Shown piece after piece: positions 50,530 to 63,150 of a stretch of 64,000 nucleotides of DNA. The stretch's first letter is position 1, and each line of letters starts with the position of its first letter. The position numbers and the translations under genes were made by a program. Source of the DNA: Cycas panzhihuaensis (lineage: Eukaryota; Plantae; Cycadophyta); contig CM041465.1 of the NCBI GenBank assembly GCA_023213395.1, forward strand, positions 37,579,741 to 37,643,740. Reading direction: 5' to 3'. A model generated the notes under the pieces. It made no database searches. It was given only the letters and a program-made list of their open reading frames with translations, and was not told the DNA's origin.

Positions 50530-53500
50530 ATGATATCTTGTTTTGGGAACATAATTATTGTAAAATTTGATGGAAATAATTTCCTTAACTGGAGTAGGAG
50601 GATGAGGCCCATCCTTATAGCAAACGATATGTGGGATATAGTGAGAACCGATTACAATGAATTAGGACCAAATCCAACTAATGCTGAAAAAGTTACATAC
50701 AAAGAAAATGTCAAAAAGGATAATAAAGCATTAGCCCTTATCTTTTGTACATTAGAAAATCATTTAGTTCCACGAGTCAGTGAATCTATTAAGTCCAAAG
50801 AGGCTTGGGACACTTTACAACTTATATATGAAGGAGCGGCCTCCTCTAAATTACAAAACTTGAGAAGTAAATTCAAAAATTTACGTATGATGTCTCACGA
50901 ATCAGTAATTGAATTCATGAGCAAAGTCCAAGATATCGTTAACCAAATGAGGTCACTTGGGGATACCCTAACCGAACAAAGGGTGGTTGAAAGAATCCTT
51001 AGATGTGTAGGAGCTGTAAGACATTTTGAAATGGTAGCTACTAGTATTAGCATATCAAAAGATCTAAGTACCCTCAAAGTAGAACAACTTAGTGTTATAC
51101 TCATGTCTATTGAAGAGCAACAAAATGCAAATGAAACTTTAGAACATGCCTTTGTTATAAATGCCCACATTTAATCTAACTCTCAAGCAGGAACCTCAAA
51201 ACAAAAAGAATCTCCTCTAAGGGGAAAAGATGGAAATCCTAGAAATGAAACTAGAAAAGATCCTCCATGATATCAAGCCCCTCATTAAAATAGACGAGGA
51301 GGATCCCAACAACATGAAAACCCTCCAAGAAATCCTAACACTCTAAGAAATCCCAACAAAAAAAGATAAGTTGAGAATCATCCTTGTTGTCCACATTATC
51401 ATGGGAATTCACAACCTTCAAGATTAACTTAGAACTATCATGATAACCAACCAAGAAACAATCCTCCTCAATTATATGAGAAAAGGGGGAGATCTTTCAA
51501 TATTGATCGTTCTCAACCAAGGAGTCAAAGCCTCAGTTATAAAAGAAGAGATCAATTATATTATACTTATTGTCATGAAAATGGTCACACTGAAGATAAA
51601 TATTTTTTAAAATAAGGACCACCCCTTAGAGGACATGCTTCAAATTCATCAGAATAAAAAATTAATAATAAGTTATTTCCATCTAGTTTTTCTGCTAAGG
51701 AAGAAGATGATGATAGCTAGTATATTGATTCAGGTTGCTCAACTCACAGGACCCATACAGAACATTTATTTCAAAATTTGGATAAAAATAGAAAATGGTC
51801 AATTATATTTAGAGACAATACTTCTCACGAATCAATTGGGAAAGGTAACATTGCCTTGCTGACTAATATTGGTGAATATAGATACTTGAATGATGTCCTA
51901 TACGTCTATGCTTTAAGGAAAAACTTGATATCGGTAGGATAGATGATGGGATAAGATTATAAGGTGGTTTTTTACAATAGCAAATGTGTCATCAAAGACA
52001 AAAGAAAAAATAAAGCTATTGTTGCTAGAGGTATAATGGCTAAAGATCATTTATTTAAGCTTACCCTCACCTCTTCAGATACCTATGCCCTTAGAACCTC
52101 AACTACTATGGATAGTGATTTATGGCATCAACATTTTGGTCATCTTAACTACAACAGTTTAGCTCTTATAAAAATATTAGATATGGTTAATGGTTTAACA
52201 CCTATTGATGTTAATAAAAATTTGTATGAGGGATGTCTTCTAGGCAAATAACATAGAGAAAGCTTTCCAGATTTTAACCATCGAGCGTCTGCCCCCTTTC
52301 AACTAGTATACACAGATATTTATAGACTAATGACTACTCCTTCCTTGGAAGGTGCCAAGTATTTTCTCACATTTATTGATGACTTTACAAGAAAGACATG
52401 GGTATTCTTTCTAAAATATAAATCCGATGCTTTCAACCACTTTATTGACTTCAAAACCTTCATTGAGTGACAAAGTGGATATCATATCCTTTCTCTAAAA
52501 TCAGATAATGGGGGAGCATTTACCTCTAATGCTTTCAAGGATTATTGTATCCGTCATGGGATTAGGATACAACTTACCAACCCCTACACCCCACAATAAA
52601 ATGGTGTAGCGAAAAGAAAAAATAGAACTATCATAGAAATGGCATGATGTATGCTTAAAGATAAAAACTTAGGCCATGAATTTTGGGCTGAAGCAGTTCA
52701 TACAGCCATCTACTTACTTAATAGATGTTCCATCAAAGCACTTAGGTGGAAAACTCCAGAAGAAGCATGGACTAGTTATAAACTAAGTATATATCATCTT
52801 AGGGTATTTGGATATTTAGCCTATGCCCATATTCTTGACCAAAGAAGAACTAAATTGGATGACCATAGTGTCAAAAGTATCTTTATTGGATATAGTGAAT
52901 CATCAAAATCCTATAAAGTTTATGATCTGAAATTAAGAAAAGTTATAGTAAGTAGGGACATCAAATTTTAAGAAGACAACTACTACCAAAATAATCAAGA
53001 ACAATAGAAGGACATTGGCATTAAATTTGACACATTAAAAAAATCCAAATATGTGTCTCTTATGTAGAGAAATATTCAGGAACCCACTAGGGAATAAACA
53101 TCATCTCAACCTCTATCACAACATCTACCCAAATGGGTTCAATGCAACCATGACTTAGGAAATATATTAGATAACACTAGAAGATCTACACACTCACAAA
53201 GGGTCAACTTTGCCCTAATGAGCAATCTACTCAAAATTCATGAGCCTCAAACCTTTGATGAGGCTAAACAACATGAATGTTGGTAGAAGGCCATGAAAGA
53301 GAAATATAAGTTCATCATTAAGAATGATACTTAGGAACTTGTAGATTTACCACCAAAGAAGAAAGCTATTGGCACCAAATGGGTCTATAAGACCAAGTTA
53401 TACTATGATGGCTCCATTGATAAATATAAAGCTCGTTTAGTTACTAAAGGATATGCCTAAAGAGAAGGCATAAATTATACAGAAACATTTTCCCTAGTCG

Positions 53501-54770
53501 TTAGGATGGAATCTGTTCATATGATAATAAGTTTAGCCACCCAAATGAGTTAGAAAGTTTATTAAATAGATGTAAAAAGTGCTTTCTTAAATGGTTATGT
53601 CAAAGAAGATATCTATGTCACTCAACCCCTCAGTTTTGAAGTCATGGGGGAAGAAGACAAAGTGTACAAGTTAAAGAAGGCACTATATGGTCTAAAACAA
53701 GCACCCAGGGCTTGGTATTCCCATATAGACAAGTATCTTAAAGATCAAGGGTTTGGAAAATCTCAAGCAGATCCAAATCTATACACCCAAATTAAGGGAA
53801 ATTTGATATTGATTATAGGACCCTATGTAGACTATTTAATTTATACTATAAATGACTCCCATCTTTTACATCAATTTAAAGATGCTATGTGTAAGGAATT
53901 TGAGATGACAGACTTAGGCCTTATGCATTACTTCTTAGGATTGAAAGTTTGGCAGGATAAACAAGGAATATTTATTTCTCAACGTAAATATATATTAGAT
54001 CTTCTATAAAGATTCAAAATAATAAATTGAAAACCATTGACAATACTAGCAGAAATTGAAATCAAACTTTCTAAGATAGATGACTCGACTTCGGTTGATC
54101 CCACTCTTTATAGACAACTCATTGGTAGCCTCATATATTTAACTTCTACTTAACTTGATATAACATATTCAGTCAGTGTTGTGTCTAGATTCATATAGGA
54201 TCCAAAGACATCTCATTAGCAAGCTGCTAAAAGAATCCTTAGATACCTTAAAGGGACTCTAGATTTTGGGTTATACTATAAAGCTATATCCAAATTGTAG
54301 TTAACTGGTTACACAGATTCATATTAGGCCGGCGATATCGATGATAGAAAATCTACCACAGGTTATGTCTTTAGTATGGGATCAGCAGCAGTAACTTGGA
54401 GTACAAAGAAACAAAACACCATTTCCTTATCCACGATCGAAGCAAAGTATAAATCCACAGTTTCAGGAGCTTGTGAATCAATTTGGTTAAGAAGACTTTT
54501 ATAGGATTTTCAGATTAAACAACAAGGTCCTACTAGAATTTGGTGTGATAATCAAAGCACTATTCAAATGGCCAAAAATTTAGTATTCCATTACAGAACA
54601 AAACATATTGAAACTCAACACCACTTCATTCAGTAACTTGTATAAGCAGACGAGATAGAGTTGACTTATTGCAGTACAGAAAATTAAACAGCAGATATTT
54701 TTATGAAGGCTTTGGGAAAAATTAAATTTGAGAAATTCAGAGACAATTTGGGAGTCGTACACGTTGGACT
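50530..54770 (+). pseudogene. gag-pol: Copia I gag-pol with many stops
   Basis: FDGNNFLNWSRRM gag ORF 50530-51174; IDSGCSTH; LWHQHFGHLN; FWAEAVHTAIYLLNR; KLKKALYGLKQAPRAW; EFEMTDLG; ADIFMKAL. Confidence 0.93.
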
Positions 54771-55577
54771 TATGGGGGAGAATATTGGGAATAATCCCAA
54801 TGTGGTTAAATCACCTAAGTGCTTAGGGACCCTCAAAGCCACCTTTGAGGGCCCTTAAGGAACCTTGAGCCACTCAATAGCCGCCTGGACCTAACACCAC
54901 TTTTTTGACGTACGTATTTTATTTATTATTGTTAATTTTTTTAATATATTTTGAATTTACATTGGTTAATGTGCAGCTAGGGTGATGGCACTCGATGCCT
55001 CCCCGAAATTCATTATTTAAGGGATGGGAATACCTTCCAGGTGTTTTTTAATACCACCATCTAAAGGAAATCACCATTATACTCAAAATGCTGTCTCTTT
55101 GAAGTCCTGCTCTACTCCTCCAACTCCATCAACACACCCTTGGCCTACTCATATTAGATGAAGAATATCATTGGCTATTAAGTATAATAAGTGGTAGGCT
55201 AAGGTGGAGTAAACCTATATTTTTGGAGCTTGGAGATCAGGCTAGACCCAGGCGGGTGAGTGCCTTAGTTTAAAAAGTCATCACCATTAGATCTATCACT
55301 AGGTATAAATTTAGCGTAGGTGGATCAACAAGTTAGGGGAGTCTTATAACTTCTTAGGAGCCTATGTACAAAGGTATATATAGCTTAGTACTCACATACC
55401 GATATATTAGGTCCCTAATTTGCCACTTATGGGCAAGCATCACTAGACAGAATAATAACTAAAGACTTCCTTAGAGACCCATAAACTTAGAGCCTAGTAA
55501 TCTTTTAGGTAGTAGGACACACTATTTTTAAAACTATACCTTGGGAAACACTTGAATAGGCTTTATTTTGAAACACA

Positions 55578-57949
55578 ATGGTTACAAATTTTGGTAACAT
55601 GATCATTTCCAAGCTTCATAGATTACATTTTTTGAATTAGAGTAGGAGGATGAGACCCATCCTTATAGCTAAAGATATGTAGGATATTATGAAGATAAGG
55701 TATACAAAACTTGGTCAGAATGATACTAAAATAGAAAAGCAAGCATTTAAGAAATGCATAAAAATAGACAATGAAATTTTGGCATTAATTTTTTATACCT
55801 TAGAGGACCATATCTTTCTAAAGAGTTAATGAGGCATCAAAGTTTAAAGAAGTATGGGACAAATTATAGTTTATCTATGAAGGAGTAGCCTCATCAAAAC
55901 TCCAAACATTAAGGAGTAGATTTAAAAATTTAAGGATATTTCCCAATAAATCCATCAATGAATTTATAACAAAAGTATAATATCTTGTAAATCAAATTAG
56001 ATCCCTTATAGAAACCCTTACCAAATAAAGGGTTGTAGAAAGGATACTCAGGTGTGTTGGTGAAGTTAAAAGGTTTAAGATGGTAGCCACAAGTATAGAA
56101 GTCTCTAAGGATCTAAGCACATTGAAGATTGAATAATTGAGTGCCACGTTAATGGTTGTTGAAGAAAAGAAAATCATAAATGAATCCTTAGAATATGCCT
56201 TTATAACAAAGGCTAGGATCAAATCTAATGCACAAGTAAAAAGATCAAGGACAAGGAACCAATACCCAAGGGGAGGAGATAGGAATCCTAGATAAGAGAC
56301 ATACTAAGAGCATTAACCTAGATACCAAGCTCTCATTAAAGGAATCAAGGAGCTAATCAAAGATATCCAAGTCAATAAAGATATCAAAGTCAAGAAAGGC
56401 ATCAAGAAGCAAGCTAATGTTATCAAAATTGCCAAGGTCATAACAATTTTCAAAGGCCCAATTTCGATTATCCAAGAAATAGACAAAGAGATAATTAAAT
56501 CCTATACTTAGAAAGAGGTAGGACACTCTCTATAGATAAAGGACACCTTAGAAGTAAGAGTCTAAGTCAAAGAAGAAGGGATCCAATCCATTGTACATAT
56601 TTCCACAAAGTTGTCCATAATGAAGATAGATGCTTTATTAAAAATGACCCTCCAACAAGAGGTAGTGTTAATACATTCATTGAAAATAAAAAGAATGATC
56701 ATCTATTTTTATCAAGCTTTGTTGCCCATGAAGAAGAAGATTGTTGGTATATAGACTTTAGTTACTCCACACATATGACTTATAAAGAAGAGATATTTCA
56801 AACTATTGATAAGTCTAGGAAGGGCACGATCATGTTTGATGATGATACATCATATGAATCTAGTGGAAGAGGTAAAGTTATCATCACAACCAATTTAAGA
56901 GAAAATAAATATCTTGATGACCACATTCCATCACTTAAGAAAAATCTTCTATCTATGGGATAGATGATGGAATAGGACTATAAGGTTATATTTGAAAATG
57001 GTGAATGTACTATCAAGGACAAAAGAAAGAACGAGGTTATTATTACTAAAGGAAAGATGATTAGCGATAGACTCTTCAAGTTAATCATAATCCTTTCATA
57101 TAACTATGCATTGAAAATAATAATTAAGATAAATAGTGACATGTGGTATAAAAGGTTTGACCACCTAAACTGTGGAAGCTTAGCCCTTATGAAAAGAATG
57201 TATATGGTTGAAGGACCATCATAAATTGAAGCTAACAAATACATTTATGAGGGGTGCCTCTTAGGCAAGTAACATAGAGAAAATTTTCCTAATAGAAGTT
57301 ATAAAGTAAAGAGGCCACTTTAATTAATCTACACAGATCTTTATGGTCTAATAGAAGTCCCATCTCTAACTAGTACAAAGCATTTCCTCACCTTCATTGA
57401 TGATTATACAAGAAAAATATGGATCTATTTTCTAAAATTCAAGTCATATGTATTTCAATGTTTTGTAGACTTCAAAGCCTTTGTGGAGAAGCAAAGTGGA
57501 CATACGATACTTTCCCTAAGATAAGATAATGGAGGAGAGTTTATTTCTAATGAATTTAATACCTAGTGTACATACCATGGCATTAGGAGGCAATACACAA
57601 ACCCCTATACTTCACAATAAAGTGGGGTTATTGAATTCAAAAATTACACTATAGTTGAAATGGATAGGTACATGCTTAAAGACAAGAAATTAGGACACAG
57701 ATTTTGGGTAAAAGTTGTCCATACTATAGTTTACCTCCTAAATAGGTATACCACTAAGGCCCTTAGGTGGATGATACCAAAAGAAGTGTGGATAGGTTAC
57801 AAGCCTAGCATTCATCACTTGAGAATCTTTGGATGCCTAGCCTTTTCCCACATTTTAGAATAAAAAAAGAGCAAACTTGATGATAAGATCACTAAGTGTA
57901 TATTTATTGGGTATGGTGATGTGTCAAAGCCATATAAGGTGTATGACCC
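55578..57949 (+). pseudogene. gag-pol: Copia H gag-protease-integrase remnant, paralogous to I
   Basis: Colinear with 50530-52930; WYIDFSYSTHM, FIDDYTRK, DNGGEF, FWVKVVHTIVYLLNR. Confidence 0.88.
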
Positions 57950-60806
57950 TATTAATGTGGTAGTTAATTACTAATCTACTTAGTTAATATTAATGTGGTT
58001 TAATTAAGTGAAAGGGTGCGAGGCCAAAAGGTATGACTTATTCAGAGGGTTACAACCCTAATCGAATGACACCTCTTAGGAGAATATAAATGCCTTGAGG
58101 CCTTGTGTATTCATCATCTAAGATCATTATATCAATCCATTGTGCAATAATCTAAGAGATCCATCAAGGATCCTTTTGTGGTGGGTTTTTTCCTGAAAGG
58201 GTTTTCCCATGTAAATTCTATGTACTGTATATCTATTTTCTCTATGTATATTTGTTTGCTTACTGTGTATGGTAAAAGATTCTATATTTGGGAACATTTG
58301 TATATGTTTTCATGTTCCTGAGCATGGTATCAGAGCTATAGGTTCCTACACAACCGAAGTCAGATGTTGACCAGAGTAGTGTGATTGTTGGTTGCTAGGT
58401 AATGCCATCTAACCCAAGACAAGTTTTAAGGGTCTACCAACCCCAACAACATGCAGAAGTAGTCACAATATATTAGTGGTGGTTAAAGCAGTGAAGATCA
58501 TTATTCGACAAAGAAGTGTAAGGGTTATTGGAGTCAAATTTAGACGTGAAGACCATGATTGTGGTTGGAGTTAGCTCGTTGGGGGCCATCCAAAGCTGGT
58601 TGAAGATCTATTATAGAGATTGATGCTTGCAGAGCATGTACTGATGGTGATTTGGCAACTTTAAGGATAGCTAAGAGTATGTACATGTAAGTTCATTATA
58701 TTCCTCATCAAAATACCATAAAAATTGATAAAAAGGGTATTGTTTTTGGTATTACTTGCTATCAGACCTTTATGTAAGCACTAGTGGAGGTGATTGAAGC
58801 CCGTATTGGTAGTTTTCTATCTAAATATAAGTGTTGGGTTGAAGTTTACAGTAGTAGAAGGCAATTTTTATTGAATTTTCTTCATATTTATGAGGATTTT
58901 GGAGACTAGTGTGCATATATTGAGCTTAGAATAGCCATATTAAGGTTGGCCAGGTACTTATTAACATACTTGGGTGAGTTTGAGTAGTTGTTGGGTTGTG
59001 TTTGTGATGTTCTGGCTCTCTTAAGTGTTGGTTTGGTGGGATTCAAGTTGGTTGGGCACTATTTAAGGTGATTGGGTGCTAATTATGTTGGTTGGGTATA
59101 TAAAAATTGTGGCTAGGTGTCTATCTTCATTGGTTGGGCTATCCAGTGTATGGTTGGGTTGTGTATGGGTCTCTAACCATTTGTACTAAGTCAATTAAAG
59201 GTTTGGTTTCTACATGCAGTCTGTGTATACTTAATGACAACTGCACCTTCATATTTCTCCACGTGAAGAGCAGGAGATATCATAAGGTGTGTGTTAGATA
59301 TATTTGACCTTAGTAACCTTAAGAATTATTTTACCACATGTTTTTAATGAGATTTAAGCATGTGTAATAAGTTTCTAAGGGGACGTGATACCAAAATATC
59401 ACACTTTTTAGGAATATGCCTTTTGGCATATTCCTCTTATAATTGAACTTTATAAAACAACCCTTTACCATTGATATTACATGTGATATTGTATAGTGAA
59501 GATATTTGGAGTGTTTTTGGTCCGTTTTGAGCATGGATCGAGGGGATATTTTATGTTTTTGACTTGGTGACCATACACTATAGATGTGTGGAGCCATCTT
59601 TTATTTTGGAGCATATGTTTTTCAGCCTTTGTTAGTGTTGGTGATGCTATTTAATGGCTATTTAAGGTCATTTGCTGATGGTTGAGAAGATATAAGTGGT
59701 CAATAGTTCACTTAATATGGGTATAGTTAGTGTTGGGTGCCTTTGGAAGTGTGCTTGGGAGGCAGAGGAGGACACAAGGGTACAATTTTTTCCTACATAC
59801 ATTCATTTTGGTGTTGTTTAACCCATATTCAATCTCGTTTTTTGAGATGGAGTGCATTATGCCTAAAGTAATCTTTAATGGTAACAATTTCAGCGAGTGG
59901 AAGGCCAATATGGAACTTATTCTAATGGTGAATCACCAAGGCAAAAGTATACTCAACTCCATTAGACCATAAGGAGCGTATTCATCTCAAAGAGAAGCAA
60001 TTTATAGTTGTGGGACTATTAAAACTGTCACTGTCACTGGACTAGAGAGCGTTGGTTCACAATTTTGACGAACTGGCAGAGATATAGAAAAAACTATGTG
60101 ATACATTTAAAAAGAAGCAGATGAATAAACATTTGGCACTGATGTTGGAATTACTTAACTTGCATGTGGAGGATGAGAATAATATCAACTCCTACCTTAA
60201 CAAGATTATCGACTTGAAGAATAAGCTAGAGAAACTAAAGCTGAACTTGATTGATGATGCATTGTTATTCGTAATAATAATGTTGAAATTGTCGACTGCC
60301 TTCACCACATTCTAGACTATTTATAGTAAAAGATTCTATAGTTGGGAACATTTGTGTATGATTTCATACTCCCAAATATGGTATTAGAGTAGAGACATTT
60401 AATGGGCTTAAAAACCTAATTCTAGTAGAGGATGCCAAGCTCAAGCATCACAATATACTTGGAGGTTCTAGTTTAAGTTAGGACCTAACCATGAAAACTC
60501 AGAGGAAAAAGGCCTCTAAGGAGGAGAAGATCACATGGAGGTTAGGAGAAAGTTATCAAGACAAAAAGAAGTTCAATGGGAAATGAAATTACTGTAAGAA
60601 GGATGGTCACCACAAGAAGAACTATTGGTTCAAGCATCATGACAAGCGCAAAGTCAACCAAGATGACAAAAGGAAGAACATTGTTGCTCATTGAATCTAA
60701 GCAAAATCCTTATCAACCAAATTCAATCAGAGAGATTATTGGGTGCTTGAATCTAGTATGCAGAAGTATATTTCTTACTAGAGGCAAAACTTTGATATAA
60801 TGACTT
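57950..60806 (+). mobile_element. Copia J (distinct family) inserted in H; interrupted in the protease by K
   Basis: LTR about 57950-58324; PBS TGGTATCAGAGC 58325-58336; gag from 59847 (IFNGNNFSEWKANMELIL); knuckle YCKKDGHHKKN; DYWVLES protease remnant. Confidence 0.75.
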
Positions 60807-61512
60807 TGTTAGGAATGTTAATGTTACCTTTTTATGTCACATGTCAAAAATATAAACTTGAGTTACTAAGGTCAGTTTGATATAATTTATGTTTAATTAT
60901 TGTTTATTTTGTAAGTTCATTGAAATGAGCAATTACCCATTTTAGCGAACCTCTTACTCCTTTAAAAGCTCCTCCTAGAATCTAGGACGTTGTCTGGTTG
61001 TCAAAAGTTTGTCTTAAGGATGGTCTGAAGGTATTGTCTGGTATGGAGGTATGTCAGTCTGGTCAGGTTTTTGTCTTATGTGTATATATTCTCAGCCAAT
61101 AGATCAACTTTCAGAGGTGGTTTTTCTTCCCCAAAAGGGGTTTTCCACCTACAATAATGTGTATCTGTGCAATGTCTATTTGTGAATTGTTTGTGCTTTA
61201 CATTTGATTAAGATGTTACATATGATACCTTTTTCGTTACATAGTATCAGAGCCTTCCATTGCCTCTTCTAGTTTACATCCAAGATGTAAGTGGATTGTA
61301 GAGCACTATAACCATCAATGTCTTAAACATCAACAGTCTTGGCTTGACTTTGTTTCTGATAGATATCATTAATATAAATCATGTAGGAACCTCCCATTTC
61401 TAACCATAGCTCACTGGCAATAGCATACAAAGAAGATCACTATTATTGACAGATAACAAAATGACGTCCCAAGTTCAAATTATAGAATGTAATTCAAATC
61501 CTTTGGTGTAAG

Positions 61513-61911
61513 TTACATCGTATCTATCGTGTAACCTTTGCAAATAATCTCTATGCATCGAGAAACAGGCTGTCCTGCAGCTTGCCATCCATTAAAGCCT
61601 CTCTCAAGAATAAGAATTTTCTGAATATTTGATGTTCCAATAGAATTATTTTCTGACAAATTTTCTACAAGCATGCAAGCACAGGATGGTTCGGGAACCT
61701 TGCTCAAGGCATACTGAAAGACAAAGGTATCTTTGCCCTTCATATTTTGAAGAAGCTTTGGGATTTGATCCTCAAACGTATCACTAACATAGTGAAAGGA
61801 ACCTGCTATGTGCCCATCATAGCTCCTCTCTTCATCCCTTACATCAATAATAATCACGCTAGGAGATTGTTGAAGGTTGAGGAGTTCTGCAGCTATAATA
61901 TAACATACTTC
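61513..61911 (-). pseudogene. CDC25: Intronless, catalytically dead copy of plant CDC25-like/arsenate reductase (rhodanese fold), antisense inside Copia K
   Basis: EVCYIIAAELLNLQQSPSVIIIDVRDEERSYDGHIAGS...KDTFVFQYALSKVPEPSCA...ILERGFNGW...CKG; the HC(X5)R motif HCALSQVRG reads QYALSKVPE; no in-frame ATG at the expected start, TGA at 61912-61914. Confidence 0.92.
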
Positions 61912-62300
61912 TCAGGTTTAAACCCAGGTATTCAAACTGCAAGATGCAAATGAACGAAAGAAGAAACACGATCTAAAACTCAAAGACTCCAATGAAGGAG
62001 AACCGCTGGCAAAACCTTAGGAGATGAAATAAAAAAGCAATTGTTGGAAGATAGATAACAAAGTGTCGCTACTGGACTGGTCTGCTTTAAAGACAATGCC
62101 CTAAATATCAAGAGAATGCAAAAAGAGCGTCTCGCCTATGTCGTTACTACCTCGAATACAAAGACAAACAAAGACGAAGAGCTAGTCATCGCCTCGAATG
62201 CAAAGATGAACAAAGACACAGAGCTACTGCCATAGCCGTCTCGACCTGAAGATTGATCCAACACCATCGCTGCCGCCTCGACCTGAATACACAAATAAAC

Positions 62301-62321
62301 AGGTAGGGTTTCCTAACCCTA
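62301..62321 (-). promoter_or_regulatory. Telobox-like motif TAGGGTTAGGAAACCCTACCT heading the antisense cassette of Copia K
   Basis: Homologous in sequence and position to 17919-17937 in C. Confidence 0.45.
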
Positions 62322-63150
62322 AAAGGACATAAAATAAAATTAAATATGATATAACATTTTTTGTTATTCAATTAATCTAATTAAATGTTTTACCCCCCCC
62401 CCCCTAACATTTAATCAAACGATTTAGCATAACATGAAAGAGGTGTAGTTCGCCCCCCTGCCTCCCCCCTTTTTTATATTTTAATAATTAATTTAAGATG
62501 TTTAATCAAACTTACTTAACCTTAAGATAAGTTATCAATTTCATCCTAATAATCAATTAAATCAAAGTGAGAACACTTCTCCACTTTTGATTCAATTTTA
62601 CACCTCTCCTTTTCTTAATTATTTATTTTCTTTTAAACCCTATAATTTAAATGCTAATATATAGTCATAAACCCCCTACTTATCCATCATTTAATAAATC
62701 CATAGTAAAACTTTAGGATTTCTTAAATTAACTTGATTTCTTGCATCCAATTCCCTACATCACTTTTAATTAAATCATTTATCAAGTTGATACCTTTTCA
62801 AAAAATTAATCTATATTAATAATAAGGGGAATATTTATCTCTAATTTTCTTTTTCTTTAGGAGAGGGTATCTAAACAAATTATCTCAAATAATAATAATG
62901 ATCTTAAACACCTTTATTCATGTCTCTGTCACAAATATTAGATTAAACATCTTCATTAATTATCAATGAAAAATTAAAGGATACATTTAATATTTAGTGG
63001 TTATCAATGAGTTTTGTAACTTATTTAATTTATTAATTCACCTACAGTCAAACTTATCAAAACCTCTTTTAAGAGGATCTCAAATCATCTACAGTTAAAC
63101 TTATCAAAACCTCTTTCAATAGGATCTCTAATCATCATTTTATATCTATA

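Larger units (their letters stand above)
45931..55131 (+). mobile_element. Full-length degenerate Copia I with a 4.2-kb leader
   Basis: 349-bp LTRs 45931-46279 and 54783-55131 (about 37 mismatches by hand count); TSD ACACA; PBS TGGTATTAGAGCAGGTT from 46282; PPT 54772-54782. Confidence 0.95.

Noticed and set aside
61513-61857. Functional host CDC25/ACR2 gene
   Set aside because: Lies inside an LTR element between PBS and gag, lacks the expected ATG, and the catalytic HC(X5)R motif is mutated
63042-63135. 47-bp tandem duplication just before K gag
   Set aside because: Two copies only; ordinary local duplication
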